Notes: a model not told the origin generated them from the letters alone. DNA of 63,703 nucleotides, filler included, from Rhabdomonas costata (GCA_019059605.1; 30 parts of 30 records of this genome joined end to end with filler, not necessarily neighbours in it); one strand, 5' to 3'; positions 22,885-37,565 are shown, counted from the first letter of the whole stretch. Made by a program: numbers and translations.

Positions 22885-25599
22885 GCAGTGCACGACCCTC
22901 AACCGCCCTTCACACGCACACACTTTAGAGCATTCCTTCAAACGAGTTTTTGTTTCGCAACACACCTATGATTGGATGCGAATTGCCGCACCAGAAAAAA
23001 GCCCTGGCGATCCTTTGTCGCTGATCCTCTCGCCGCTTTCGGCCGCACCTCCCTTTTCTGTCCGAAGTTGATGCATTTCGATCTTTGCAACGTTGTCAGC
23101 TGCTGGGCTGCCACTCCGATCCCTGCCCGCACTCATAGCCGGGCTGCGGAAAAGTACGCGCGCGCAAGTCTGGGTTTGCCAACTTGACAAAAAATGAAAC
23201 TGCAATACTTCTTGCGCACGTGAATGTTGTCAGAGGCGCCTGCTGTCCCGTGGCGTTGCATGTGTGTGCATCCCTCACCAACCCCCNNNNNNNNNNNNNN
23301 NNNNNNNNNNNNNNNNNNNNNNNNNNNNNNTTAATTAATTAANNNNNNNNNNNNNNNNNNNNNNNNNNNNNNNNNNNNNNNNNNNNGTGTGGGGGGGAAG
23401 CAGGTTCCGGAACACAAAAGAAAGTTTGTGATGTTTCGCCATATACCCTTTCTAGCCGATCACATTACAAACTTTCCTTTGTGTTCCGGAACCTGCTTCC
23501 TCCCCACCCTCGATACACTTTGCGGCGTGTTTTGATGCAAGCCTCCTAAGCCCCATATTCGCCGCACCGTCCCGCGGCCTTCGGGCCGCTGTTTTAGGTC
23601 CGTCTGAGTGTTGTTTGGTTTCCAGTTGAAAGTCGTTGAGTTATGAGGCACGTGCCCGTCCTACCTTCCCACCTTGTGGGCAAACCAGGAGTGTACTAGC
23701 AAACGAAGCATTTATTCCGCACACACGGGCGGGAGTCCGAAAGAGGGCCGGTCAAGCGGAGCCACTCAAGCTTTCAACCCATAGCGCTAGCATCAACGCA
23801 CCCTCCGGTAGCGCCGAGGCGGTGAGCCTTCCGACAGGAAGAGGTATGTTTGGCGCCTTGGTCCACCTTAAAAATAGTACTACCATCCCTCCTTGTGGCC
23901 TTGGCGCTAGTATTTCGACACCTTTTGAGATTTCACGACTAGTGCGAACTAGCTCCAGGTTGTCATCGCCCATGGCCTTTGAAAAGCTGCATGTGAAAAC
24001 AACAATCATCACAGCTACTACCTTACTAAGGAAAATATAAGGTCAAGTTTTGAAAGCTCGCCTTTCAATCGGGACCTCTGAAAAGGGTTTTCTTCAGCTT
24101 GCGCATGGTTTTGCAGTGCTCTCCTTGCCTTCAGGACTGGCAAGTCTTACAGAATCTTGCATTTGGCCGTCAGGATACACGCCTACGGCACAATCCAGTT
24201 TCCAGTGTCCCATACCTGTACCGTGCAACTCGCCATCACACATCTCTTGAAAAATGGCAGCAAGGCAACAACGCATTGCGAGCAACTGCAAGACACTGCA
24301 CTGCAACAAAACAAGCGCAGGGGTGAGTATTTTCATAGCCAACTGCGAAAACGTGCAGAAACACACTCGTGGGGAAAAAAGGAGGAACACCAAGCAACCC
24401 CCGACGAGGATATACAGACAAGTGGCCTTCCACACAGGTTGGTCCATCCCCTTTGTACTCAAAGTAGTCCTTGTCACATACAGCCTTTAAAGCGGCGGCA
24501 CGCCGATTCCGGAAACCCAAAAAGTCCATATTCCAACCGCAGGAAGCTTCGCAATGATGGGGTAAGGAATGCACCGTCACCCCCTTCCTTCCCCCCCTTC
24601 TCCACAGATGCGGGAAAATGACGCTGCTCTGCCCGGAATTGCTCCCGAAAGCAGCATCTGCCGGGTCTTCTCTCTCAGTCTCAGTCATGGATGGTGACCT
24701 CACTTCAGCTCGGGCTCATCGCCAGACAGCACATTGGAAAGGTTCACCCGCAAGCTAGTGTGCGGACACTCTGTGACCTCTTGGGGAGCCTCCGCCGCGG
24801 CCGCCCGCGCCACACACTGCATCACTCCACCGTAGTGCCGCGTCATGGGCATCCCGCCGTGAGTAATCCCCTTGCCAATACTAATGTTCGTCAGGTGGTG
24901 TACCAAGAAGAGGCGGAAGTAGGGCTCGGGAAAGATTGGAATGAGCTTTGTGAGGTTGCAACCTGTACATCTGGGCCCAGCAAAGTCTCCAAAGATCTGC
25001 AGGTGTGCGCAGGGACCTTCGTTCGGGGGGTGGGGCCAGAAAATACTACATGCACGCGCAAAGCAAAGTGAAGGCGACACGAGAGAGGGCTTGGATAATA
25101 GACAGGGGTGCCCTCAAACCAGCGGCGACAGTGCGTTACTCATCTGAGCAAAGAAGCCACGGCCGGCTGCGCCATTACCCCTCACCGCGACACACAATTG
25201 CAGTCACTATCACGAGAACCCGTGCAAAGAAAGAATAGGAGAAAACCAATTTTTACAGTACCATCAGCGGAATCACGTCCGCGACAATGGGTAACAACAG
25301 TGGATACAGACGCATGACATACTCACGTGCACTGGTATTCTTCCTTCTTTCTATAAAAAGCCACATCGAAAAAGTAAAATCTATCTGGCGATGTTTCCGT
25401 TACCAAAAACANNNNNNNNNNNNNNNNNNNNNNNNNNNNNNNNNNNNNNNNNNNNTTAATTAATTAANNNNNNNNNNNNNNNNNNNNNNNNNNNNNNNNN
25501 NNNNNNNNNNNTATGTTTTCACTACCCCCCCCCCCTACACACACACACACTTGCTCGCAGTCTCCGGCCCCCGAAGGCGCACTGGAGTCCCAAGACAGC

Positions 25600-25602
<3 letters not shown>

Positions 25603-25658
<56 letters not shown>
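25603..25658 (+). repeat. (GT)n microsatellite
   Basis: About 28 GT units. Confidence 0.95.
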
Positions 25659-25661
<3 letters not shown>

Positions 25662-27713
25662 AGATGTTGGTGGCTTCTGCGAGGGCTTGCTGTTCATTGT
25701 TTTAGAGAGATAATTTGGAGAGGTTTTTCTCTGAATGAGCCTATCTTCCTTTGCACACGGTACGCAGTGACAGGGATGGACATGGATGACAACGACGTGG
25801 ACCGCCCCGCGGATGCCCCAGAGCCCCTGTCTGCAAGGCACTGCCTCTGCGCCTTCTCTTCTTTCGTTTCCTTTTTCTCTGTCTTTCTACCTTTTTCTGG
25901 TCTTTTTCTTTTTCTTTCCTGTTTCTCCTTGCTCTCGTTTTTTTTCTTTCCACACGCACAAAGAATGCCTCTCTCCTCCCCCTATCCTATCCTCGCCTTC
26001 TCCATTTTAGGTGTGCGCCTTAGTTAGCAGGCGGTCATTTTCTTTTTGAGGCAGCTTGCTCTGCTCTCAGTCTGAACCCATCTCCTTCCCCTTTCCCCAT
26101 TGCACAGCATGTACGTGCCAAAGCTGCACGGCAGCTCCCGGCCCCTCCTCGATGAGGCTGAGATGATAGCGGTATGCGGGAGCTTCCTTTTTGTGAATAC
26201 CTCTTTCCTTGTGTTATCCTCTGTGCTGGAAGAATTTTTTAAAAAAATCGGCATCTAGGGGGCAGTAGAACAGTAAACCTAACCCCTTTCGCTAAAATAA
26301 CATCATCTAGTGAGTACAGGCACAGTTAACCTAAGCCCCGTGCTGAGAAAATGACTTTTTTGAGGAAAAATTTTCTTTTACCATTTAACGCCGATAATCG
26401 TTTAACATCGTTAAACAGCAAAAGTCATTTTTTGCAGGACCCCCCTCCCCGGCAAGTCCCCGCCTCATCCGGCCGCTCCGGCCGCCGCGGGCTGGAATAC
26501 AATTGTTCCCGCTTAAGCGGGGACATGTCTTCACAGTTTTTCCTGTACCTTCGGGGCACCGCCAGTGCAGTCATCCCCCAAAAGACGGGAACTGCGTCCA
26601 AGCGCACCTACTGTATTCTTCGCTATTCTTCGGAAGCCGATATTCACAAGGCGGACGGCAAAACTGGGCTGAGCGGACCAAATTTCAACCCCTTTGCACC
26701 CCTGGAGACATGAGATGGCAAAATGCCAGTTCACACAAGAGGCTTCTCTTCTTCAGTGTCCGGCAAATAGTCTGGGCAATGCCTTGCCTCAACGACTGCG
26801 CTGGAACGTGCACCACAGCATAAAGGGAGATGGTATTGCACTTAACGCTGCCCTGCATGCGCTCCCCCAACTATGAGTCGTGACATCTTCGTAAACTCTT
26901 GAAAAATTCACACCACAAAGTTCACAAACCATTCCCTTTTGTCAGAAACCAATGTCAAACAAAAGCAAAAAGTAAACTTTACTGCCAACACAGAGGCCAG
27001 GAATTGAGCACCTAACCTTAACAAGGATATTTACAGAAAGAGCCAGGTTTTTTCCTCTCCAATGGAGGGCGCACAGGAGAAAGAATAGAGAAACAGGAAT
27101 AAAACTGGCAGCAAAAACAACTAGAAACTTCCAGAAATACAACGAGCCAGGTTTGGACAAGAACGGAGCCTGTCTCAAGCAAGCAAAAGAAGAGACCTAT
27201 GCGGTCGTCTGGAGAGAATACGTTGCCCAACTGACAAACAAAAGCCAGCAAGAGAGCACCGCGGATACATTCCAAAAAGAGAGAGTACGCCCCCCCCCCC
27301 CGCCCCTCATTCGACTGTTGTATCTTGAGGAGGAAAGGCTGGAGGACTGGGAGGGGTGGGCGAAGGGGAGGGCGTGGGTGTGGCGGTGTCCACATCACAA
27401 GGATCATCAATAATAACCAAAACTTTCGCCTGCTGGGAAACGGGCTGAACCTTCGGCTTCGGGTCCACAGTGACAGATTGCAGCACAATGCCCCCCGAAG
27501 GTGCGTCAACACCATTGACTTCGGGCCCAGTGGTGTCAGTGTCCGCACTGGAGTGCGCTCTCTTGCGCCACCAAAAGAAGAGAATCACGCCAACGGTAAT
27601 GACAACCNNNNNNNNNNNNNNNNNNNNNNNNNNNNNNNNNNNNNNNNNNNNTTAATTAATTAANNNNNNNNNNNNNNNNNNNNNNNNNNNNNNNNNNNNN
27701 NNNNNNNGGGGGG

Positions 27714-29732
27714 GTGGGAACTACGCCTGCGTTTGACACCCTGCCTGCGGACGTTTGCGATGGCAAGCGGTGGAAGGACTGGTGCGAGTCGGAGAAGCCA
27801 GAGGAGGAGAAGATGCCCATGGAATGGAAGAACCTGAGCCCGCTGCCCAAGCTGCTTGTTTTGCGCTGCCTGGTGTGTTTCGATTCTCGATCCTTCGCTT
27901 CTTGTTCTCCTTTTAGGGTAGGAGCTCAAACAGGACAAATAGAAATGCGTCCAATTGAGATACGGCGCCGAGCATACGAACATTTTCATGGTGCTCTAAC
28001 CGCCACTTGACTATGTGCCGTTATTGCGGTTGCCACATACGATGGGCCGGGTTCCAGTATATTTTTGTTGATGTTACGACGTTCAGGGTTTTCATGTTTT
28101 TATCATCCGCGTCGATTTGCAGAGGCCAGATCGGTTGACTGCGGCTCTTGAGAGCTTTATTTCGGCCAACATGGGATCGAAGTACATCAAGGACCAGGCC
28201 GTCGACTTGACGGTCTCCTTCCAGGACAGCAGCCCCACAACCCCTGTTTTTTTCATTCTCTCGCCTGGGGTAAACCCGCTTCTTGACACTGAAGCCCTTG
28301 GACGCAAGCTTGGTTACACTGAGGACGCTGGGCTCTTCCACTACGTCTCCCTTGGGCAAGGACAGGAGCCCGTCGCCGAAAAGGCCCTGGAAGCGTGCTT
28401 CCAGCGTGGAGGTTGGGTCTTCCTTTCAAACATCCATCTCACCCGCAAGTGGCTCCCCATGCTTGAGAAGATTCTGGACATGTACTCCGAAGGTTTTAAT
28501 CGCCAGGCACTCGCGGCTCGGCGCAGGCTCGAGGAGCGCCGCAGACGCACTCTTAGCCGCTCTTCCCCTCGACCTCAAGTTGCCGAACCACCTGCAATCG
28601 AATCCGGCCCTCCGGCAGATCCTGCATCGGCCCCAACACGAGAGACAACCCCTTCAGCTGAAGCGCCGCAGCTGGAGCCGCAACCACAGCCGCCCCAGTC
28701 GCAGCCAGAGTCGCAGCCCGCAGCTCCCGAAGCGCCAAGCGCGGAGCTGCCTGTTTCCAAGCAAGACGAGGAAGTCGAAGAGGAGGTCGAAGAAGAGGTC
28801 TTGGTGGGCGGGATTCGTGGAAACAAGAACTTCCGGGTCTTCCTCTCCGCCGAACCTTCTGAGAAGATCCCGGCGGTATGGTGCGGTTTTATTAAGGTGG
28901 TGCATCTTTTGGACAAAATTTTTCTTTGCCCTTGTACCAATTGGTTGTTGCCCCCTGTACGTATCGGGCGATGTGCTAGTTCAACCTAGTTCAACCTAAG
29001 TCCAGCCTTTGACATGTATATATATTCCTGGTATAATTCATGGATCCCATGTTTCAGTGTGGGTTTGATTCGTTTGCGATGATGCTTCAGTCGAAATTGC
29101 CCTTCTCAGGGTATCTTACAACGTTCGATCAAATTGACGAACGAGCCTCCTCGGGGGCTCCAGGCGAACATGAAGCGCGCTCTGGCATGCTTTGGTGAGG
29201 AAACGTGGGAGGCCTCGTCCAAGCAAGCGGAGCTTAAGTCGATTATTTTTTCCCTGTGCTACTTTCACTCAACCATCGTGGAGAGAAAGAAGTTTGGGCC
29301 GCAGGGTTGGAACCGGAATTACCCCTTCAATCTCGGCGACCTGACGACTTGCATTGCGGTTTTGAATAACTACCTTGAGGACAGGCCAAAAATTCCATGG
29401 GATGACCTGCGCTACGTCTTCGGTGAGATTATCTATGGCGGCCACATTACTGACGACTGGGACCGCAAGCTCTGCATGACATATCTGGAGAACTTTATCA
29501 GAGCCGAGGTTGTCGACGGGATTGAGCTGTGCCCTGGCCTAGCCGTACCTGGTGCTATGTCTCACAAGGGCTACCTGGAGCTAGTGGAGCGCGAGTTTCC
29601 CTTGGAGTCACCCATACTCTACGGACTACACCACAACGCGGAGATCGGTTTCCGCACAACGCAGGGGGATCAACTCTTCCGGACTATTAATGAACTCCAG
29701 CCCCGGCAGGCAGCCACCGGATCAACCAGTGG
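27714..29732 (+). CDS. Axonemal dynein heavy chain (outer-arm beta-like), AAA6/C-terminal region; exons about 27714-27872, 28123-28875, 29110-29732
   Basis: LRCL|RPDRL, FFILSPGVNP, VSLGQGQE, GGWVFLSNIHL, FRVFLSAEP, SIKLTNEPP, CYFH..ERKKFGPQGWNR.YPFN.GDL, PWDDLRY.FGEI.YGGHITDDWDR and LYGLH.NAEI. Confidence 0.97.
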
Positions 29733-31989
29733 NNNNNNNNNNNNNNNNNNNNNNNNNNNNNNNNNNNNNNNNNNNNTTAATTAATTAANNNNNNNNNNNN
29801 NNNNNNNNNNNNNNNNNNNNNNNNNNNNNNNNCCGATCTATTGCCTCGCTGACTCTTTTCCCTGGTGTGTCGATTGCCATTGGTGATAGCATGACGGCTC
29901 TGCTTTCTTGAGATGCTGGATGGTCCACTTGTGGGTGCCAAACTGACTGTGTCGAGCATCGAATGGTACACCTTTCTCATCGAACACTGCGTAAATACCG
30001 CCACATGGTTTTTTAGACAAGCAGGCGAGTCTCTGCCAGCGAAAAAGAAAGTGTGGGCCGGGGGTCAAACCGGTCTGGCTCCTGGGGAGGCGGCAGGAAG
30101 CTGCGAAGGCAGGGGGGTGCCCCCGGCGGCACGTGTGGGCGCCTGGGCAGTGGAGTTCAAGGGCCATGGCCAGCTGCCATTGCCACCGCGAAGAAGGCAC
30201 TGGGTCAGTGCAGAGGCCTGCATCGGAATACATTCACTATTGCGAATGTGTGGTGAAGAACCCTGTCGTCCAATGATACGCCGTTTGAGGGGGTGGTAGC
30301 GGTGGTAATCATAAGTTTACCAACAGTGGTCATCACATCAACGACCTGGAAATAGATAGCAATGTTCCAGAAACGCACCATCCTTCAATGATTTCCAGTA
30401 GTAATCATGTTAACTGTCAATGCAATCGTACCTTCCCCAAATATCATCACTGGGCCCACCAACAACAACGCAATGATCAAGTTTCACTGAATCGGACAAC
30501 ACACATTTTCCTTGGGAAACCAACACAGTCCGATTGCAAGCTTCAGTTACGGGAATAGTGGGGTTCTTTGGGGTGGACTGCGACGCTGGAAACGAGAGGT
30601 GTAGGATTGCTGGAGGTAGGTTGTGGACGTGACTGTTACAAGGGAATCCCCAAGAGGGTTGCAGTGTAGCGAAGATTTGGCCCGGATAAGAGCGCGTGAC
30701 ATGATTTGTGTGTAGTCTAGGAAGGTGGTGTTAGCGGCGCCAGGGAACAAGAGCGCGGGTACCATGCACTCCGAGAGGAACTTCAGCTGCGAGCTCCACG
30801 GGGGCTCCTCTCCCTTGTCCCCAGCGCGGTGCAGGCCGGCTTGCCGTTGAGTCAGCGGCATCATCAGCATCGCCGCCCTGGGGGCGGCATCCGGGGGGCC
30901 CCCAGAGGGGCCCTCCAGAAGCGCGACCTCCCGCGAGTCCTGTGTTCCATGGCAGCCAATAAATGACCTGAAACTCTGTTTTGCACTTGGTAGCGGTAGT
31001 CGTTGATATTATTAGGAATGTTCAGCTGAATGGCATGTCCTTAGCGCGGCTTTCTGCCCGTGCCATCTTCCTGGCCAATTGCTGGGATGCCGATCCACAT
31101 GAGTGTCCCTTAGAACTCTCACAAAAATATCGGAATGGCGAAGCCCCTATCTGAAAAAGTCGCTGTTAGGGGAAACTCCAAACCCGAACAAAAACACTTC
31201 CACAGAGTTTATTTGGAGTTCTTCCCCTTCAGGACGATCTGGCGCATGGGAACCGACACTTCCCGGATGCCCAACCTTCTGCGCTTGTCAAGCCCAACTT
31301 TGTTCCTCCTCCTCCTCCTCAGGCTTTTATTCGCACACAGAGAACAAAAGCATTGGGTGGATGCCACGTGTACCGAGGAGAGACGACTGTACGGCAGAAG
31401 AATCACTCCGCCGTCGCCTTCTCCGCGCTGCTCGGGAAGGACCCTAGCGCCATTCCCGCCTCGGCCTCGCTGGCGATAGGGCCGCCCAGGCGTACCATGC
31501 CTCAAAGAGGCCACAGGACCTCTGCAACCACACAGACCTCAAAGCTCACGCTGGAAAACACTATTGGCAGTCACGCTGCAGAATGATGGGCCTTGACTAA
31601 ACCATCGATAAACACAGGTCTGTGAGATGATCACAAGGATAGGTCTTCAAAAGATTGGAAGGCGATGAACTGGTTCGAACCAAAAACCCAAGGTTGGCTC
31701 CATCCGGAAACAGCGAGTTTCTGTAAAACCGTTGTGAAGGACGCCGAGAACAGAAACCGTGTTTGGACTCCTTTGTGTCCAGGTTCACGTTTTGACAACT
31801 TCCTTTTCCCCCCTTGGTTTTGCTGTGGTGAAAGCAAGGTTAACCTTCACAAAACAANNNNNNNNNNNNNNNNNNNNNNNNNNNNNNNNNNNNNNNNNNN
31901 NTTAATTAATTAANNNNNNNNNNNNNNNNNNNNNNNNNNNNNNNNNNNNNNNNNNNNGTGTTGTGGGAGTATTTCACTTACCTCACCAC

Positions 31990-33000
31990 GACTAACCGCG
32001 ATGAGGTAAGTGAAAGACTTCCACAACATGAGAGTCAAGAATACCACGCCAACACTATCGCCATGTCCTCCATGGCGTCTGTCAGAATGTGCCTCACCGT
32101 GGTGAATGGCATACCTCAAGGGGCTTAGCGCAGAAGAGGCATGTTTCAAAGGTAGACGAGCCAATTTCGCCTCGTTCACCGCAAGAAGATGAAGGTTAGA
32201 GGTTAAACCTAAGATATGAGGTGCTGAGTATACCAGAAAACATTCCAACTCACCACAAGTAGGGGCCATCAACAGTGTCCCACTCACAGCCACCACACGT
32301 GGAGCTAGACATTGGTGGGAGTACTCCAACCCGTCCGGATCCATCTCGCCATCACTACCAGAGATATCCACTGAAGGGGGACCACTAGTTTCCGCTGTGG
32401 CTTCAGAGCTGCTGGAACGCCTGGAATTGAGGTACCGTAGTCTACGAGGACTGGAAGTGCAGCAACACCGAAGCCTCTGCAAAGTTCACCACCGATGAGT
32501 TGTCCAGAGATTTAGCACAACCTGTAGTGATGGTGGGATCAGCCTTGGCACAGAAGTAGGCCCATTCAGAGGCCTCATACACTACGCTTCGTGGCACCGT
32601 AACAGACACCAAGACGCCTTTGACGTCTCGTGATCCACCCGATCATGCGGGCGGGTCATGTTGTCGGGCAGCACCACAAGTGACAATGGCTTGGAGGCTG
32701 AGACACACAGAAAATTGGAGGCGATCTTCCATATATACGCTGACCCCACAGCGCCCCGAGAGATCTCCAAATCAAGAAAGTGGTCTCGCGCAATGTGTGA
32801 GACCACCAGCTCATTGACAAGCGCCGTGCGGCCAGCAGCACTAAGGAAGCGGCGATGGAGGTGGATCAAGGCGTCCTGGACCAGAGCGAGGTTGATCCCC
32901 GCAGCCCTTGATCGGCCAGTCCGAGAAGATAACCCGTCGTAGCTACGTGGTGGAAGAGGAAGATGACTGTGTATGACAGCGGACACAACGACAACGTCCA
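31990..33000 (-). mobile_element. Possible decayed non-LTR retrotransposon (post-RT region and RNase H-like)
   Basis: HLPLPPRSYDGL resembles the post-RT L.LPR..GGLG motif, and HGEAHSD resembles the RNase H HV.AH motif. Frames are interrupted. Confidence 0.22.
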
Positions 33001-34697
33001 TTATAGTGAAGAGCACGTACTGCCAGATTCCGGTCGCGACGAGACACAGCCACAGGAGGAGGTGCACTTCAATAGCAACAGAGGAAGTAGTAAGAGAGAA
33101 AGTCCACCCGGACACCCAAGCCACCGGTTTTTTCCAAGCAGGCATGGACTCAGTGCGTACTGCTACGCTCTTGACATGATTTTCTGGAAATCATTTATAT
33201 TAAAACACATTAGCGCAACCCTGTTGCACCTATTTGTACAAGAGTGATTGTGAAAACTGGGTTATCACTTCCAATATGAGGATACTTGTTGTCGCCGGTG
33301 ATCTAGTAGAGTTGGACCTCTCACCATCTGTATACCCATACCATAAATGGTTCTGTGTAATCATCCTCTTCCACTGCCAAAAAAGCTTCCCCCACTGTGT
33401 TACACCCTTGTAGTTGGGTATGGTGGTCTATGTTACGTGGTACTAACTGCGTTGTATTGATCATTTATACGTTTCACAAATTACACCCTCTTAGCAGCAA
33501 CGTGATTGCCACAAACAATGTTTCTAATGTAATGAAATCACTCCATCCGTCAACCGACACCACATTCAGCCCACTTAAACTTGCGCTTACAAACACACGC
33601 TTGATGAACTGTGTGATTGAATTTTGTGTGGCTTTTCAAAGTACAGCACACATCCAAACGGCACGTTACCATGTACTATTGAATTCAGATCATTTCCTGT
33701 CGGTTTTGCTGCCTTTTTCTCTGCTATAGGCGCGGCAACAATGAATTTGGGTGCAGTGCCGCTCTGTGTTTCCTGTGACTTCCAGGCTCCCAGAATGCGG
33801 CAAAGCCAGCGTTTACCAGCAATCTTAAAAGCTTTTCTTCATAAACGTAGCATGCATGTCTGTATTAAACAATTGAATGAAATGTACATAAAATGCAAGT
33901 CGTGAAAAAGAAGGGACAACCTCTCAGTAGCTTTGCTACCAGTGGAACTGATACAAAAATGAAAGTTTCTGTAAACACCACANNNNNNNNNNNNNNNNNN
34001 NNNNNNNNNNNNNNNNNNNNNNNNNNTTAATTAATTAANNNNNNNNNNNNNNNNNNNNNNNNNNNNNNNNNNNNNNNNNNNNGTTTGTTGTGTGGAAGGG
34101 TGCTGGTTTGAGCGGGGGTGACGCCAATTGACTTCTGGTCGTGGCCATTTCTATTCGCCGTTTTTTTTCCCGTCTCGGAGTTTGGTGTTCTCTACCACCA
34201 ATTCTCGTTATTCATTTCTTGTAGCCAATGCTGAGAGCACGCAAGTGGAGCAATCCCGCTTTAGATTCCAAGCCTTACAATTTTTCATATTTTTCAATGT
34301 AATTCTTTTTGGAAAGTGTGCACTGACAAGAGCGGCGAAGGCAAAGCAGGCCTGGGGTCTTTTGTATGTACAGTTACCTCCCAAAACGCTGCTTAGGTGG
34401 TCCTTGCACTTTTAGCGGTACCCAACCTTGCCACCTGGCGATCTTTCCCTATTTTTCTTTAAACTTGTGCCGCTTCTTTCCCCAGCGCAGCGAAGGGTTT
34501 ATCGACGGCACCTCATCGCCGCGATATTTTCAGCTGAAAAGTTTGAAAACCTAAGGAAATATTTTGCTTGAAAATTTGGAATCTCACGCCCTCACTTTAC
34601 AGTGGGGTGTGGGGCGAACCCAAACAGGAATTGTGCTTTCCAAAAAAAAACGTGAATCGTGCGTGCACAAAACAGGCTAGCAGTTCTGTGAGGTTCC

Positions 34698-36098
34698 GGT
34701 GGAGTACTTCACTCTGTCCCTCGTGGAGGGAGAGTTTCTCTCGAGTTGCCGAATCACGCCAGCACATTTCTGCGCTGCTGGCTGGTTTGACAGTCCGAAA
34801 GTTGTGTAGTTTATTCGTGTTTGTGTATGTTTGCGACGGAATGAAACACATTCACACATATTCACCTAGAAAACCGGGACTGAAAAAAGCTGCCCCTGTC
34901 CTATGTCGCACGTAGCGTTGGTATCCATTGTCTGTTGCCAGATGCGTCCCAGGCATATATACAAAACGTGCGAAAGAAACTCTGCATCCTCCCCAACCGG
35001 CGCCCAACATTGGGGAGGAATTGGTGAGCAATTCTTGCAGGGGAACCGCTGAACGTTCAATCCACTCACTGCTGAATACCCGTGCGGAAAGGAAAAACAA
35101 GGAAAAACATTCCTGAAAAGCAGTCACTCATTGCAGAAGTCAAGCATGTCAGTGCTTCCGTCGGCGTTTTCGGCGACGTGAAGGAGCGAAAGATCTGCGA
35201 CCCTGAGAAAACTTTTTGTGTGGATCAGGTGACATGCGGACCACACTACCATGAGACGAGGAGCTCCAAGAATGAAAGGAATCCCCATCCGAATCTGCAG
35301 TTTCCGCGTCACACAAACCAATTCGATACTCGGCCAATCTCTCGGTCTCGCAGTGCTGAGCTCGCTCTTCACTTTTCCACGCAACTTCCCGGGCTGCTCG
35401 AGCAGCTTTCGCGGCGTGGCGATGAAGTTGGTACTGCAGGCTCCACTGCTGATGGAGCACAGCAACAGGAACGTACAGTGGATCAACAGAATATCGAAAG
35501 GCGTCCATGAATCTTCGTTGGTCTTGTGCAACCTTGTGAGACAAGGCAGGTTAAAACAGAAAATCTAACATAAAATCTTTTGAAAAGAAAAGGGTGAAAC
35601 AAAGACTCTGTGAAACTTATCTTTGTGAGTCACCCCCCTCCCCCACGCAACCTATTTTGCCGCTGCTTCTGCAAAGCTTTCATCTGCAGGCAGTGTTGGT
35701 TCAGTATCTGCTTTTGATAAAAAAAAAGTACTGTCCTTTCCCGCCTCCAACAACCACGAACATGTATAATTTTGTACGATTCAAAAAATGAATTGCGCTT
35801 GCAAAGCTTCGCCACACGTTTAGCCACAACTGCCCCTGTATGTTTGTTGGGAAAAGGGGGGAGCGGCAAGAGGGAAAAACACAACGAAACATTCAGACCC
35901 CCCGGAGCTGCTGCTCACGATGGAGGCGCTCTTTTTCAGAGATGGCCGACGCTTCCGCTTCCGCAAAACAGCCTGTTCGCACAGCGCTTACGTTTGCACT
36001 GGCTTTCAAACCAGCCAGCAGCGCAGAAATGTGCTGGCGTGATTCGGCAACTCGAGAGAAACTCTCCCTCCACGAGGGACAGAGTGAAGTACTCCACC
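34698..36098. repeat. 93-bp inverted repeat (34698-34790 / 36006-36098), second arm at contig end
   Basis: Direct reverse-complement comparison. The peptide KPASSAEMCWRDSATREKLSLHEGQSEVLH appears on both strands in the ORF track. Confidence 0.9.
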
Positions 36099-37394
36099 CC
36101 AACCCCCNNNNNNNNNNNNNNNNNNNNNNNNNNNNNNNNNNNNNNNNNNNNTTAATTAATTAANNNNNNNNNNNNNNNNNNNNNNNNNNNNNNNNNNNNN
36201 NNNNNNNGTGGTGGGCGCGGTCGAAGGCCACCATGTTTGTCACCGGAATGCTGCAGTCATGGAGCTCCCAGTCTTCCGTACATGAACACCAGCTGCAAAT
36301 TCGTACTCTCATAGCATCAATGTAGGTCTGCCCTCCTAAACGCTCCAGTTCCAGGCGAACCTCCTTCACAGGAATGCCAACGAAGTCCTCCCCAGAAAGC
36401 CTTCCTGCAACACATGGCATATTCTCTGCCGCAATTCGTGAGCCTTCCGCTTCTCACACTCCTGGGGTCCACCGCAACGCCCGACCTGGTGCGCTGGACA
36501 GAGAGATCCAACTTTCCTCGCAGGAATCGCAAGAAACAGAGAGCTTCCATCTTGGGCCACAGGATACCAACCCCGGGAAAAGGAGGAACAATGGGGAGAG
36601 GACCTATTGTGCCGGCCGCCGCGGCGGATGGCCCAGCGTCGGTTGGGTTGAAAAACTTTCGTGAACTGGAGCAGCGGCGTAATCTGTACAGGAAAGAATA
36701 AAATCTTTTTATATCCAGTTCATTGCAACTCTTCGGTGACAAATCTTTAAATGTCTGAGAAAGAAAGTTGTGAGTGAACAGGCGTGGAGACAAAAGTCCA
36801 GGAAGGAAGTCAACGGGTGGATTTCTGCTGCCACGGACGGAGGCAATCGCAAAAAATGTGGTACATAACCTCAAACATCACAATATTCTTCGCCGTCCAC
36901 TGCTCGAAGAGCTCTTGTACATATTTAAATTCTCGGGTGCCAGGCTCAAGGTACTGGCCTTCCTCTGTCCTGAGCGAACACAATGTAAAGGGATAAGACA
37001 TTCTTTCTGAAGTCTGGTTGTTCTCGAGTTCCCACACACCCAAGCGCGAAGGCAATACGCGGAAGTGGGGAATCCCAAAACGCGCACACCAAAAGGTGGC
37101 TTTCAAAGTATCCTACCTTTCCTTTGCATTGCATAGCTTTAACCGCAACAAATCCTTCCTCAGGAGTGGCAGTGCTGTGAAGCAAATTATTTGTGGTTTA
37201 GTAACTTCCTCACGGGGGGTTTTGGTGGCGATCCTTTTCTTCTCCAAGGTGGGACTTTCTCTGGCGGCCCCCCCCCGCCAGGCTACGGCTTGCATTGTTC
37301 TTGTTTGTTGTTGTTAGCTTCATTCAGAACTTCATTCAGAACAAACGTTGTGCGGGCATCCGTCCACCACCACCATATGGAATACCTGGATATA

Positions 37395-37565
37395 CACTGC
37401 TTCTGGGCAGTTCAGCTTGAGATGGCACGCCGCGAGATAGTTCCAAAGCTTTGCGCAGCCCGGGGCCAGCATCATTGCCAAGGTGAAGTAGCCAAGGGCC
37501 TCGACGAACTGACCCGTTCCCAAATGCGCTGGCTCCCCTCGCTCTGACCTCGTTGACCTCGGCAG
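37395..37565 (-). pseudogene. TPR repeat with 1-nt frameshift
   Basis: AEVNEVRARGASAFGNG / QFVEALGYFTLAMMLAPGCAKLWNYLAACHLKL forms a TPR consensus only across a frameshift near 37512. Confidence 0.6.

Noticed and set aside
29838-30870. YSDAG as a DIRS RNase H motif
   Set aside because: No accompanying RT or RNase H motifs, and many stops.
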